Below are positions 25,535 through 25,596 of a stretch of 25,596 nt of DNA, in pieces. The number at the start of each line of letters is the position of its first letter. The first letter of the stretch is position 1. The notes below the pieces were generated by a model that was not told the origin of the DNA, did no database searches, and saw only the letters and a program-made list of their open reading frames with translations. A program made the translations under genes and the position numbers. This stretch comes from an uncultured archaeon (GTDB taxonomy: Archaea > Asgardarchaeota > Thorarchaeia > Thorarchaeales > Thorarchaeaceae), in assembly GCA_964631415.1 (NCBI GenBank), contig CAZVZC010000033.1, positions 1-25,596 on the forward strand. The letters are read 5' to 3'.

Positions 25535-25596
25535 ACCGTTCATTGTAAGATGGACAGAGTTGGACACAGGAGTCTTTGTCCTCCCAGAAACGGCAC
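25535..25596 (+). repeat. dispersed structured non-coding repeat, copy B (truncated by the window end)
   Basis: ACCGTTCATTGTAAGATGGACAGAGTTGGACACAGGAGTCTTTGTCCTCCCAGAAACGGCAC, 59/62 identical to the reverse complement of 6987-7048. Confidence 0.88.

Noticed and set aside
1-25596. tRNA, rRNA, transposase or CRISPR-Cas genes
   Set aside because: None recognised by eye in any intergenic region; a tRNAscan-SE run would confirm

Overview
Archaeal core-genome window centred on the ribosomal-protein superoperon. The gene style (long low-complexity r-protein tails, a BPL-N surface protein, the hypotheticals) suggests Asgard archaea, probably Thorarchaeota; that is inference only. Plus strand, left: uS13-uS4-uS11, with no rpoD following. 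Minus strand, read right to left: uL22-uS3-uL29-Rpp29-uS17-uL14-uL24-eS4-uL5-uS14-uS8-uL6-eL32-eL19-uL18-uS5-uL30-[Hsp20]-uL15-SecY-[opposite-strand BPL-N/GATase-like surface protein]-Adk-EMC3/TMCO1-[hypothetical + structured repeat]-eL34-Cmk-eL14-Cbf5-RNase P RNA. Next come Tsr3 (+) and a Zn-finger-TiaS pair (-). The right end holds hypotheticals, a 2[4Fe-4S] ferredoxin and a TFB-cyclin-repeat-like protein. Two genes are missing from the ORF track: rnpB (about 4001-4360, -) and uS14 (17140-17310, -). The most unusual items are: (1) a dispersed non-coding repeat (59/62 nt identical) at 6987-7048 (-) and 25535-25596 (+, cut by the window end), whose fuller copy folds into a three-way junction with a kissing loop; (2) a structured leader of about 190 nt in front of uL22; (3) a Cbf5 gene whose conserved N-terminus has no canonical in-frame start; (4) Hsp20 embedded in the spc operon.
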